A stretch of 64,000 bases of DNA, taken from positions 1,164,890 to 1,228,889 of the forward strand of contig CAVPIR010000001.1 of assembly GCA_963705055.1 (NCBI GenBank), written 5' to 3'. This document shows positions 1-8,121 of the stretch, in pieces. Each line of letters starts with the position of its first letter. Positions within the stretch are counted from its first letter, which is position 1. The notes under the pieces were generated by a model. That model saw nothing but the letters and a program-made list of their open reading frames with translations, was not told where the DNA came from and did not search any database. The DNA comes from an uncultured Actinomycetota bacterium (GTDB lineage Bacteria; Actinomycetota; Actinomycetes; Streptosporangiales; Streptosporangiaceae). The translations under genes were made by a program, and so were the position numbers.

Positions 1-751
1 CTCGAAGTACTGAGCCCCGTCGGTACCCCAGTCGGCCACCTGCCGGACGGGAAGCCTGAGTCTCTCCAGGATAGTCCGAGTGAGCGCGTTCCAGTCGACT
101 CCGCCCAGCACGGCCAGATGCGTGTGGTAGTCGTCGTGTTTCAGCTCGTTCGCGATACGGCGGTAGACGTGACTGCCCGGGTTGGCGGCCCTCAGGTGGC
201 CGTACAGCTCGAAGAGCGAGTCGAGCTCGCTATAGGTCAGCAGTTCGATGAAATCGGGCTCGTCGACGTTCGTGTAAGGGATCTTGTCCAGCATGTCCTG
301 CGGCAGCTTGGCGCAGACGACCGTGACCGTGCCCCCGTCGTCAAACCGCCAGAGGCTCGTGCCGATCGAGTCAGAGAGGGAGCGGGACTGCGCGGGAGCG
401 GCTGAGGCGGCGGCCATCGCCCGGCCGCGCAGCCGCATGAGCTCGCTGGTCAGCTCGTTCAGCGTGCGCCGCTCGGCATCTGTGAGGCTCGGCCGGATCG
501 ACGAGGCGCGGCACGTCGCCGTCAAAGGATCGACGAGTCGCGAACAACCGGGCGTAAGCCTCCAGCCGGTGCACCGGCGGAATCCGAGGGCTCGTCGCCG
601 ACTCCCAGGAGGAGATCAGCGGCACACTGAGCCCGCCCAGCGCCAGAGCAAGCTGCGGCTGCGTGATCCGAAGCTCCGGCCAGTGCTGTTCGCGCAGGTC
701 ACGCAATCGGGCCGCAAGCACCTGCCGCGCGTCACTGCCGTTCAAGCCCAC
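1..751 (-). CDS. XRE-family helix-turn-helix regulator; 3' part runs off the left edge; apparent 1-nt frameshift near nt ~484
   Basis: ORF 371..751 opens with an XRE-type HTH (ITQPQLALALGGLSVPLISSWES) but ends in Arg/Ala junk. A second minus frame reads ...LTDAERRTLNELTSELMRLRGRAMAAASA... and stays open to nt 1 (...RLPVRQVADWGTDGAQYFE). Removing one C near 484 joins VDPAE-LTDAERR. Confidence 0.65.
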
Positions 752-760
752 GCCTCTACT

Positions 761-1075
761 GTGAAGTTCAGGAAAGTGGTGCGAAGTTCATACCAATCTA
801 CAGTGATCGCGAAAGTTCAGTCCAGATTGGAGCGGATCAGAAACGATGGCTCCTGAATCCATCAGGGGCCTGGCCATTCTGTGCGGCAGCGATGCGCAGC
901 CAGGACCAGCCATGGACTGCCGAAGGTAGCTCGCGCGAACCGATCATGCGCTGGCCAGCGCCAGCGACCGGGCCCGCAAGACCCGAAGCTAATCCGTCAG
1001 GGCCAGGACTCGTCACATACGGCGGGCGGCGCGGCGAACCCAACGTGAAGATTCAGGGTGAGCGCGCGAAGTTCA
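761..1075 (+). promoter_or_regulatory. Array of five same-orientation G(T/C)GAAGTTCA-like boxes upstream of the XRE gene (candidate operators)
   Basis: GTGAAGTTCA 761-770, GCGAAGTTCA 781-790, GCGAAAGTTCA 809-819, GTGAAGATTCA 1045-1055, GCGAAGTTCA 1066-1075. Each pair is spaced 20-21 bp. Function not demonstrated. Confidence 0.3.
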
Positions 1076-1940
1076 CATGTCGCTAGCCTGTGGTTCAGGG
1101 CCGGAGTTTAAGCCAACGCGGCGCGTCGGCTCGCGACAACGAAGCGTGATCGCTCTCTAGGTCCAGCGCGAATCTCAGCGGGGCGCTGCTGAACATCATT
1201 TCATCTATTTAACTGTGTTGTAGGCCATGGTCATCGCGCTTTAGTTTACGGCACTGCAGATCCTGCAAGTCTCGCCACTTTATAAAGCTTTACCTGGGCT
1301 GATGTATCGACAGCCGCGAGATACCAGTGCGATGGTGCATTCATGAGCAGGAATCAGATATCGCAGCAGAAGGCCCGCGCACCAGTCACCCAATGGAGGG
1401 AAGACCCATGATTGCGACGATGACCGGTCACACCCTGACGGCGGCCGCCAGCATGGCCAGCCAGCTCCATCTGCACAGCCCGCTCGCAGGCCCGCTGTCA
1501 GCACCTGCAGGCGGCTGGCACGATCACCTTGCTGATCGCGTTCCTCGATGATCGCCTGCATGGTGGCGGTTGCTGGGGCCGCCAAGCTCGCCGCCTCCTT
1601 GCTTGCCCAGTTCCTTCAAGTGGCGGCAAACATCGCCTCGACCCTGTTTACCTTGGTGATTCTCGCGGTAGTGGTGGTGACGCTAGCGGTTCATCACTGA
1701 GCGAAGGAGCGAGCAGAGCCGAGACGAGGAGACGAACCGAAGTGGACAACGGACACGATCCTGTTACGCGCCAGGAACAGACACGCGCCTGGCCGCCTAG
1801 GTGGTATTGTCCGAGCCGAAAGGCTTGGAGTGCCAGCGGGCAGGCGCGTGTTGGCAAGGTTGGACAGGGTCGTCAAGCCATTCCAGCTAATCATCTTGAC
1901 TTGCAGCGCGCTAACTAACTTCTTGGCACTCGGAGAATCC

Positions 1941-2473
1941 ATGACGACCGTGACTGCACCTTTGAAGCTCGCAACATCAGCAGTCAGGCCCACCATTTAT
2001 CAGATTGCTTCCGAAAGACCCGCGAAACTAAAGCGTCTCAGACTGCGGGCTTTGAAAGATTCGCCGGACTGTTTCCTGTCAACTGCATGCCACCGAGAAG
2101 CAGTACCCAGACGAACGCTGGACGGCGGAATTCGAGCGAGGCGACTGGTACGTGGGGGTCAGCCGCCACGATGACGTCAGCCTCATCGGGGTCACCCGGG
2201 AGCCTGATATGCCAGAATCCGAGCGCTACATCGAATACATGTGGGTGGCCATGGGATTTCGTCGGCAAGGAATCGGCCAGTACATGCTCCAGGAAGTACT
2301 GCGGATATTGCGTGCGTCCGGAGTGAAAGTTGTCTATCTGTGGGTTCTCGACGGCAATGCCGCGGCCGCAGAGCTGTATCAAAAAGTAGGCTTCGAATTT
2401 ACTCGACGTAGTGCAGCCGCTGGCCGCGCGCCCAGGACGGAGCGAGCACCAGATGATGCTCGCTCTCACGTAA
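1941..2473 (+). CDS. GNAT family N-acetyltransferase (~176 aa after removing two 1-nt insertions near ~2085 and ~2397)
   Basis: ATG 1941 follows GGAGA. MTTVTAPLKL...LRLRALKDSPDCFLST switches frame to ATEKQYPDERWTAEFERGDWYVGV...YIEYMWVAMGFRRQGIGQYMLQEVL (GNAT motif A). It switches again to LLDVVQPLAARPGRSEHQMMLALT, stop 2471-2473. Confidence 0.75.
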
Positions 2474-3983
2474 CGAGGAAGCGACGGAGCACGTTCTTGG
2501 CGACTTGGGCGACGAACGGGTCGCCCGTGCTGAGCGCATAAGGCCACTCAGTGCTCCCGCCGTTGAACACCTCGCCATCGCCGCGGGTGAACGTCACGAT
2601 CATGCCAGCGCCGCGGTTTTCCCCCTCCAGCACATAGGACGGCATGTCGTCGGCGAGAGCTTCGAGCGTCGCGCGCATCTCCTTGATCGGGCCGCCGAGC
2701 GGGCGCATGCCGCCCCACCGGTCCTCCTCGCCGCGCTGGGCCGGCGCCATCGCCAGGATCTCCAGGGACGCAGGCGCACCGTCCTCGAATGTCGGGTAAG
2801 GCAGCCCGCGCCGGAACGTGTACTCCACCGCATCCAGCTCAAACGACGCCAGGCAGATCGGATCGCCGCCAAGCACGTCCCCGTAGTACAGGTCGGTCCC
2901 CTCGAACACCCAGTGCTCCGGCCGGTAGATCGTGAACCCGCCAGAAGACCGCGGCGCCGCAACCCCGTACCTGTTGTACACGCCTCCCATCGCGTTGAGG
3001 CCGACCGTCCACGCCCCTGGCCGGCCGAGCGACTTCGCCTCCCACAAGGTCGTGGCGCGCTGCGGCGCGGTCGGGGTGATCGGGTCCGCCGACGGCACCC
3101 GATAGCAGTACTGCTGAGTTCCCTCGTCGTTGAACCGGACCTGCCAGCCGAAGTTCCCGCCGAACCGCGCCAGCCGCCCGCCACCATCGACGAACGCGTC
3201 GACCGTGTCGCGCATCTCCCACGACCAGTACTCGTCGTGACCGACCACGACCGCGCACCGGTACCCCTCGAGGCACTGCGGGTCGAAGTGCAGGTCGTGC
3301 TGGGTCAGGTAGTGCACCGTGTACCCGGCGGACTCCGCCCACAGCGCGAACGGTCGCTCGTACGTCGCCCAGTATGCATCGGCGTGATGCCGGCTGTAGC
3401 CGTGCAGCCGCGCCCACTCATACGCGGGATAGCGGGGCCCCGCGAACATCGGCGGGCTCCCAGGGTTCGCCTCCCGGGGCGCTCCGGCCGGTTTCCTGAT
3501 CATGCCCCGCGCGATCGGCCGCTGCGTAGAAGAAATCGGCGTGCCGATGTCCACCCGCGGGTCGTCGCCGATGCCTCGGTAGTGGTTCGCGCCGCCCCAG
3601 TCGTTGTACGCGAGCATCGTGCTCGTGGTCACGATCAGCGCGATAGCGCCGGAGTCAGGACTGGCGGCGCGCAGCGTGAAGCCGTGCTCGCGCTCCCAGA
3701 TCTCCCCGGCCGGCGAGACCGCGCGCACCGTCACGATGTAGAAGCCGCTCACCCAGTCCGGCGGAATCGCCAGCGAATGCGCCACCGGCCAGCCGCATCC
3801 CGAGGCGTACGCGTCATCGGGCGTCGGATGAGCGTCAGCTGTCAGTCCCTCCTGCCGGTACACGACGTGCGGCGTAACGCCGTCGCGACTGATCTCCAAC
3901 GTGAACGAGCCAGCGGTGGCGCTGACATGCAGGTCAAGCTCGTCGCCAGGGGAATACGACAACTTCGACGTATAACACCACAC
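2466..3983 (-). CDS. N,N-dimethylformamidase large(beta)-subunit-like family protein (505 aa, short paralog)
   Basis: Uninterrupted 505-aa ORF. Contains family-typical blocks as I remember them: LIVTTSTMLAYNDWGGANHY and VVVGHDEYWSWEMRDTVDAFVDGGGRLARFGGNFGWQVRF. GTG start. Confidence 0.8.
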   Translation of the reverse strand: MWCYTSKLSYSPGDELDLHVSATAGSFTLEISRDGVTPHVVYRQEGLTADAHPTPDDAYASGCGWPVAHSLAIPPDWVSGFYIVTVRAVSPAGEIWEREHGFTLRAASPDSGAIALIVTTSTMLAYNDWGGANHYRGIGDDPRVDIGTPISSTQRPIARGMIRKPAGAPREANPGSPPMFAGPRYPAYEWARLHGYSRHHADAYWATYERPFALWAESAGYTVHYLTQHDLHFDPQCLEGYRCAVVVGHDEYWSWEMRDTVDAFVDGGGRLARFGGNFGWQVRFNDEGTQQYCYRVPSADPITPTAPQRATTLWEAKSLGRPGAWTVGLNAMGGVYNRYGVAAPRSSGGFTIYRPEHWVFEGTDLYYGDVLGGDPICLASFELDAVEYTFRRGLPYPTFEDGAPASLEILAMAPAQRGEEDRWGGMRPLGGPIKEMRATLEALADDMPSYVLEGENRGAGMIVTFTRGDGEVFNGGSTEWPYALSTGDPFVAQVAKNVLRRFLVT

Positions 3984-4062
3984 TTCGCACGCCGACGGAT
4001 CAGCCGATGGTCGCTCCGACGGCCATCCCCTGGGCGACCAGGCATAGGGCGGCCCAGCCTCA

Positions 4063-4120
4063 GGCCCTACGGCCGGCCGCTGGCCTCGGGCCCTACGGGC
4101 CGGCCGCTGGCCTCGGGCCC
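4063..4120. repeat. GC-rich tandem repeat, 2.2 copies of a 26/27-nt unit (GGCCCTACGG(G)CCGGCCGCTGGCCTCG) in the agmatinase-to-DMFase-like intergenic gap
   Basis: Copy 1 is 4063-4088, copy 2 is 4089-4115 (one extra G), partial copy 4116-4120. Each unit carries the GGCCGGCC palindrome. It lies in the 167-bp non-coding gap between 3983 and 4150. Confidence 0.8.
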
Positions 4121-4149
4121 GGTCAGCTGGGCCGGCGTCGGCTCGGTCA

Positions 4150-5157
4150 TCACGAATCCCCCTCCGCCGGCGCGACCGCCGGGCGCGGCGTCATGGCACT
4201 GAGCAGCTCATAGATCACGTGCGCGGCCGCGATCCCGGTGATCTCCGCGTGGTCATAGGCGGGTGCGACCTCGACGACGTCCACTCCGACCAGATGCAGC
4301 CCGCTCATCCCGCGCAGCACCGCGAGCAGCTCGCGCGAGGTGAAGCCGCCAGCCTCGGGCGTCCCTGTGCCCGGCGCGAACGCCGGGTCCAGCACGTCGA
4401 TGTCGAGCGATACGTAGACCGGCCGCTGCCCGACCCGCGACGTGATCTGTTCGATCACCCCTGCCGTCCCGAGCGCTTCGAGGTCCGTCGCGGGCAGCAC
4501 CTGGAAGCCGAGCTTGCCGTCGGCCTCGAGGTCGATGGTGTCGTAGAGCGGTCCGCGGATGCCGACGTGCATGCAGCTCTCCGGATCGAGCAGGCCCTCC
4601 TCGGCCGCCCGCCGGAACGGGGTCCCGTGCGTGTACGCGGCGCCGAAGTAGGTGTCCCAGGTGTCGAGGTGCGCGTCGAAGTGCACCAGCGTCACCGGGC
4701 CGTGCTTGGCGTGCACGGCCCGCAGCAGCGGCAACGCCACGGTGTGGTCGCCGCCGAGGCTGACGATGCGCCCGGCCCGCTCCAGCAACCCGCGCGCGCC
4801 GCTCTCGATCAGCCCGAGCGTCTCCTCGATCCTGAACGGGTTGCACGCGATGTCGCCCGCGTCGGCGACCTGCTGCTCGGCGAACGGCTGGACGCCCTGC
4901 GCGGGATTGAAGGGGCGCAGCAGCTTGGAGGACTGCCGGATGTGCGCGGGTCCGAACCGCGCACCTGGCCGGTAGCTGACTCCCGAGTCGAACGGGATGC
5001 CCACGATGGCGATGTCGACGTCCGATACCTCGTCTAGCCGGGGCAGGCGGGCAAACGTCTCGGGACCAGCGAACCGCGGAATGGCGGTCGCGTCGACCGG
5101 CCCGCGCGGGCCCGCGCTCTGGACCCGACCGCGAGGCATCGCCTGCTCTGTGCTCAC
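4150..5157 (-). CDS. Agmatinase/guanidino-acid hydrolase family ureohydrolase (arginase fold)
   Basis: Mn-ligand blocks [16 protein letters not shown] and [22 protein letters not shown] at 5157 lies 6 nt after AAGGAC. The upstream part of ORF 4150..5436 is Arg/Ser junk overlapping ridA. Confidence 0.88.
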   Translation of the reverse strand: MSTEQAMPRGRVQSAGPRGPVDATAIPRFAGPETFARLPRLDEVSDVDIAIVGIPFDSGVSYRPGARFGPAHIRQSSKLLRPFNPAQGVQPFAEQQVADAGDIACNPFRIEETLGLIESGARGLLERAGRIVSLGGDHTVALPLLRAVHAKHGPVTLVHFDAHLDTWDTYFGAAYTHGTPFRRAAEEGLLDPESCMHVGIRGPLYDTIDLEADGKLGFQVLPATDLEALGTAGVIEQITSRVGQRPVYVSLDIDVLDPAFAPGTGTPEAGGFTSRELLAVLRGMSGLHLVGVDVVEVAPAYDHAEITGIAAAHVIYELLSAMTPRPAVAPAEGDS

Positions 5158-5167
5158 GAACGTCCTT

Positions 5168-5572
5168 TCAGCTGACCGCGTCGACCTGGACTTCGACCAG
5201 CCATTCGGGGTCGACCAGCCTGCTGACTCCGATGAGCGTCGACGCGGGCGGCGCCGGCCCGAGGAACGCCGGCGCGATTTCGCGCTCCGCCTCCAGGTAG
5301 GCGTCCATGTCCGTGGTGAACGTGTACAGATGCACGACGTTGCGCCAGTCGCAGCCGGCCGCGCCGAGCGCGATCGTGATCTGCCGGTACACCTCGCGGA
5401 TCTGGCCAGCCATGTCTCCGACCGCGACGTTCTCACCCGACGCCGAGACCGGCACCTGGCCGCCGAACCTGTGCACCGTCCCGCCGCGCGCCGACACCAC
5501 GTGCGTGTACAAGTTGTCGACAGGGGCGTGCAGTTCGGGCGGATTGACCTTGACGATCTCGGCTTGACTCAC
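5168..5572 (-). CDS. RidA/YjgF family reactive-intermediate deaminase
   Basis: 134 aa: [31 protein letters not shown]...[13 protein letters not shown]...[23 protein letters not shown]. The GTG start overlaps the upstream stop (GTGA at 5569-5572). Confidence 0.85.
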   Translation of the reverse strand: MSQAEIVKVNPPELHAPVDNLYTHVVSARGGTVHRFGGQVPVSASGENVAVGDMAGQIREVYRQITIALGAAGCDWRNVVHLYTFTTDMDAYLEAEREIAPAFLGPAPPASTLIGVSRLVDPEWLVEVQVDAVS

Positions 5573-7767
5573 GCGGAACCTCCTTCGTCCGGTACCGGCG
5601 GGAACGGAGCGGGATCGATGAACCTCGCGAGCACGTTGCCGGTGATCACGGCGATCTCGTTGTCGTAGTCGTGGTGGCTGAGCGCGCCGCACCAGGACAT
5701 CGAGCTGACCGAGAACACCGCGCCAGCGCCGCGGAAGAACAGGACCAGATCCGCGTGATAGTCCGGCCTGACGGCGCCGAACAGCGGCGGCACCAGGGTG
5801 TGCTCAGTCGAGGACGCCAGGATCAGGTGACCGGGGCCGAGTTCGAAGGTGGCCGAGTTATCCCACTCCTGCCCGACCACCCCGCCGCCGAGCAGCCCGA
5901 AGTTGCCGATCTGGCCGCCGGCCAGCACCTCAGGATCAACCCCGTTGAAGACGAACGAGGCCTCTGGCCGACTCGCCCCCGCGCCGAGGGTGTAGGGATA
6001 GGAATGGTCGAAGCCCATCGTGGCGGTCTCGACCCCGATCAGCGCCGCCGTGCTGCGGCCAGAAGAGAGGAAGAAGCCGCCAGGCTCGCCGTCGGTCGAG
6101 TTGCGCGCCTCGGTGCGCCCGAACTCTGCGGGCCGCTCCCACAGTTCGACCCGGCGGTTCTCCATGATCCAAGGTCGCTCGGGGTGGAACGTCACGCTCA
6201 TCGCGAACCCGTTGCCGCCCAGGTACATGAGCCGCCCGCCGGACGAGGTGTACTGATCGAACGCGTCGAACATCGCGGCCGACATGTATTCCGGATGGCT
6301 GCCGGTCAGCACGACCTGGTAGCTATCGAGCAGCGAGCGCCCGCGGAAGTGCAGATCCTCGTCGGTGGCGACGTGGTAGTTGGCGCCGATGTGGTCCAGC
6401 CAGGCGATCAGGTACAGGTCGCAGGTGTAGCCCTCCCGGCGTACGTGACCGGGACGCATGTTGAGGTTCGGCCGGCGCCTGGACACGTAGCAGATGTCGG
6501 TGCCGTCGAGGTGGCAGTCATAGCTGGACGCGCCGATCTCGGGATGCGCGAGCAGGAACTGTTCCTCAGTGCCGAGCTCGACCAGCCGGTCCTGCACCAT
6601 CTCCTGGATCGGGTTCTCCCACCAGAACCGCGAGTTGCCGTACGAGGCATACGTAGCCGACGGCGCGATCAGCAGCACCTGCGCGGTCGCGCCTGCCGGC
6701 GGCCTGATGAAGAACGGGATGTACTCGATGTCCGCGCCGGCCGTGAGCCGTGCGGCGTAGAACCCGCTGCGAGCATCCTCGGGCACCAGGAACGTGAACG
6801 CGACCTCCCAGGCGCAATCCTCGAGTGCGTCGGCGAGGAAGTGCAGCGCGGCGTACTGCTCAGGAGCGTCGGTCCAGCTCGTCGCGGCACCGTCCCAGCG
6901 TGAGCCGCGCACACCGCGCATCGGCATGTTGCGCAGGGTGCCGTGCAGCCCGGACGGGCCCAGGTCGCGGGCGTCCCAGCCGCTGATGCCGTCGGAGAAG
7001 TCCCACCAGGCGATGCTGATCTGAGCGGGATCGCTGGCCCCAGGACCGGCGGCGAGCAACGCGGCGGCGTCCGCCGCCGACACCGCGCCAGGCAGCAGAA
7101 CGGGTGACTCCATCCGCCCCGTGAAAGCCAGCCTGGTCTGGCGCGCGCCCGGCCCGCGCACCGCGCCGAGCAGGAGGTCCGCCGCGGTCGACGCGCCGGG
7201 ACCATCGAACGTGGCCACGACCGTGCTCCAGCTCCCGACCGGCAACGCGCCGGCCGGCGAAACGGCGACCGAGCCGCCAGCGCCGCGCCCGCTGGACGTC
7301 ACCACGACCGGCCGGAGATCAGGGTCAAGAATCAGCGCGAAGCCGGCGCCAGCCCACGGATCACCGCAGGACACCAGCACCTGCTCGGTGCCAGGCTGGC
7401 AGGTCGGCTGGATCAGCACCGCGACGGTGACCCGCCCGTCGCCGCCGCCAGCATCGTCGAGCGCGCGACCGCCGCCGGGCACCTCGACGTAGGAGCCCGG
7501 ATACATCTCCTGGTACCGGGCCGGATACGTCCCGGTGAAGTCGGCGGGCACCAGCGTGCAGTCAGGACCAGCGTCCTCCCACCCCGGCCCGCCAGCCCGC
7601 GGCATCACCAACTCTGCGCGAAACTCCGTGATCGCGGGATCGCAGCTGACGAAGAAGCTGACAGCCTCCCCCGGCGCGACCGACAGCGGATCGCAGTAGC
7701 CGACCATCCGCTTGGTCAGCGGCATCCCGCCAGGAGCGGTGTGCGCGACGGCGTTCGGATCATTCAC
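5569..7767 (-). CDS. N,N-dimethylformamidase large(beta)-subunit-like family protein (long paralog, ~732 aa)
   Basis: Open frame 5569..7782 with blocks VGYCDPLSVAPGEAVSFFVS, LLIAPSATYASYGN and VVLTGSHPEYMSAAMFDAFDQYTSSGGRLMYLGGNGF. Preferred start is GTG 7767, 5 nt after AGGAGG. It overlaps the stop of the upstream small ORF. Confidence 0.82.
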   Translation of the reverse strand: MNDPNAVAHTAPGGMPLTKRMVGYCDPLSVAPGEAVSFFVSCDPAITEFRAELVMPRAGGPGWEDAGPDCTLVPADFTGTYPARYQEMYPGSYVEVPGGGRALDDAGGGDGRVTVAVLIQPTCQPGTEQVLVSCGDPWAGAGFALILDPDLRPVVVTSSGRGAGGSVAVSPAGALPVGSWSTVVATFDGPGASTAADLLLGAVRGPGARQTRLAFTGRMESPVLLPGAVSAADAAALLAAGPGASDPAQISIAWWDFSDGISGWDARDLGPSGLHGTLRNMPMRGVRGSRWDGAATSWTDAPEQYAALHFLADALEDCAWEVAFTFLVPEDARSGFYAARLTAGADIEYIPFFIRPPAGATAQVLLIAPSATYASYGNSRFWWENPIQEMVQDRLVELGTEEQFLLAHPEIGASSYDCHLDGTDICYVSRRRPNLNMRPGHVRREGYTCDLYLIAWLDHIGANYHVATDEDLHFRGRSLLDSYQVVLTGSHPEYMSAAMFDAFDQYTSSGGRLMYLGGNGFAMSVTFHPERPWIMENRRVELWERPAEFGRTEARNSTDGEPGGFFLSSGRSTAALIGVETATMGFDHSYPYTLGAGASRPEASFVFNGVDPEVLAGGQIGNFGLLGGGVVGQEWDNSATFELGPGHLILASSTEHTLVPPLFGAVRPDYHADLVLFFRGAGAVFSVSSMSWCGALSHHDYDNEIAVITGNVLARFIDPAPFPPVPDEGGSA

Positions 7768-8107
7768 CGGCCCCCTCCTCACCGGAGAGCGCCTTCCAGC
7801 GCAGGTCGAAGACGTACCGCTCGGCCTCGGCCCGGTCAGTGAAATCCAGGTCCCGCACGATCCGAGGCGGCTCGCCGCGCCGCTTCGGTGCCTCCGCGAG
7901 CAGCCATGACCGGCCGGGCTCCCTGGTCAGCAGCACCCACCGGGGCAGGTCGCCGTTGGACCGCATGGCACCGAGCGGCAACTGCAGCTCGGCCGAGTGA
8001 AACGCGTACGGGTCGGCCATGAACTCGTCCCGCAGGTCCGTCCGCCGCGGGTCGATCCGCTCGGGGAGCTCGTACTCGCCGGTGCCGACGTGGTCCAGCA
8101 TTCCCAT
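7760..8107 (-). CDS. Small (~115 aa) soluble protein, translationally coupled to the long DMFase-like gene; candidate small (alpha) subunit
   Basis: ORF 7760..8140; ATG at 8107/8101 follows AGGAA. No TM segment or signal peptide. Its stop overlaps the start of the downstream large-subunit-like gene. The subunit role is inferred from size and position only. Confidence 0.55.
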   Translation of the reverse strand: MGMLDHVGTGEYELPERIDPRRTDLRDEFMADPYAFHSAELQLPLGAMRSNGDLPRWVLLTREPGRSWLLAEAPKRRGEPPRIVRDLDFTDRAEAERYVFDLRWKALSGEEGAGE

Positions 8108-8121
8108 TCCTGGCTTGCCCC

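Noticed and set aside
4063-4120. Possible CRISPR-like or minisatellite array
   Set aside because: Only 2.2 directly abutting copies, no spacers and no cas genes. Reported simply as a tandem repeat.
2505-4202. 565-aa plus-strand ORF
   Set aside because: Antisense shadow of the DMFase-like gene. Its extreme Arg/Pro/Ala composition with no motifs is typical of a high-GC artefact.
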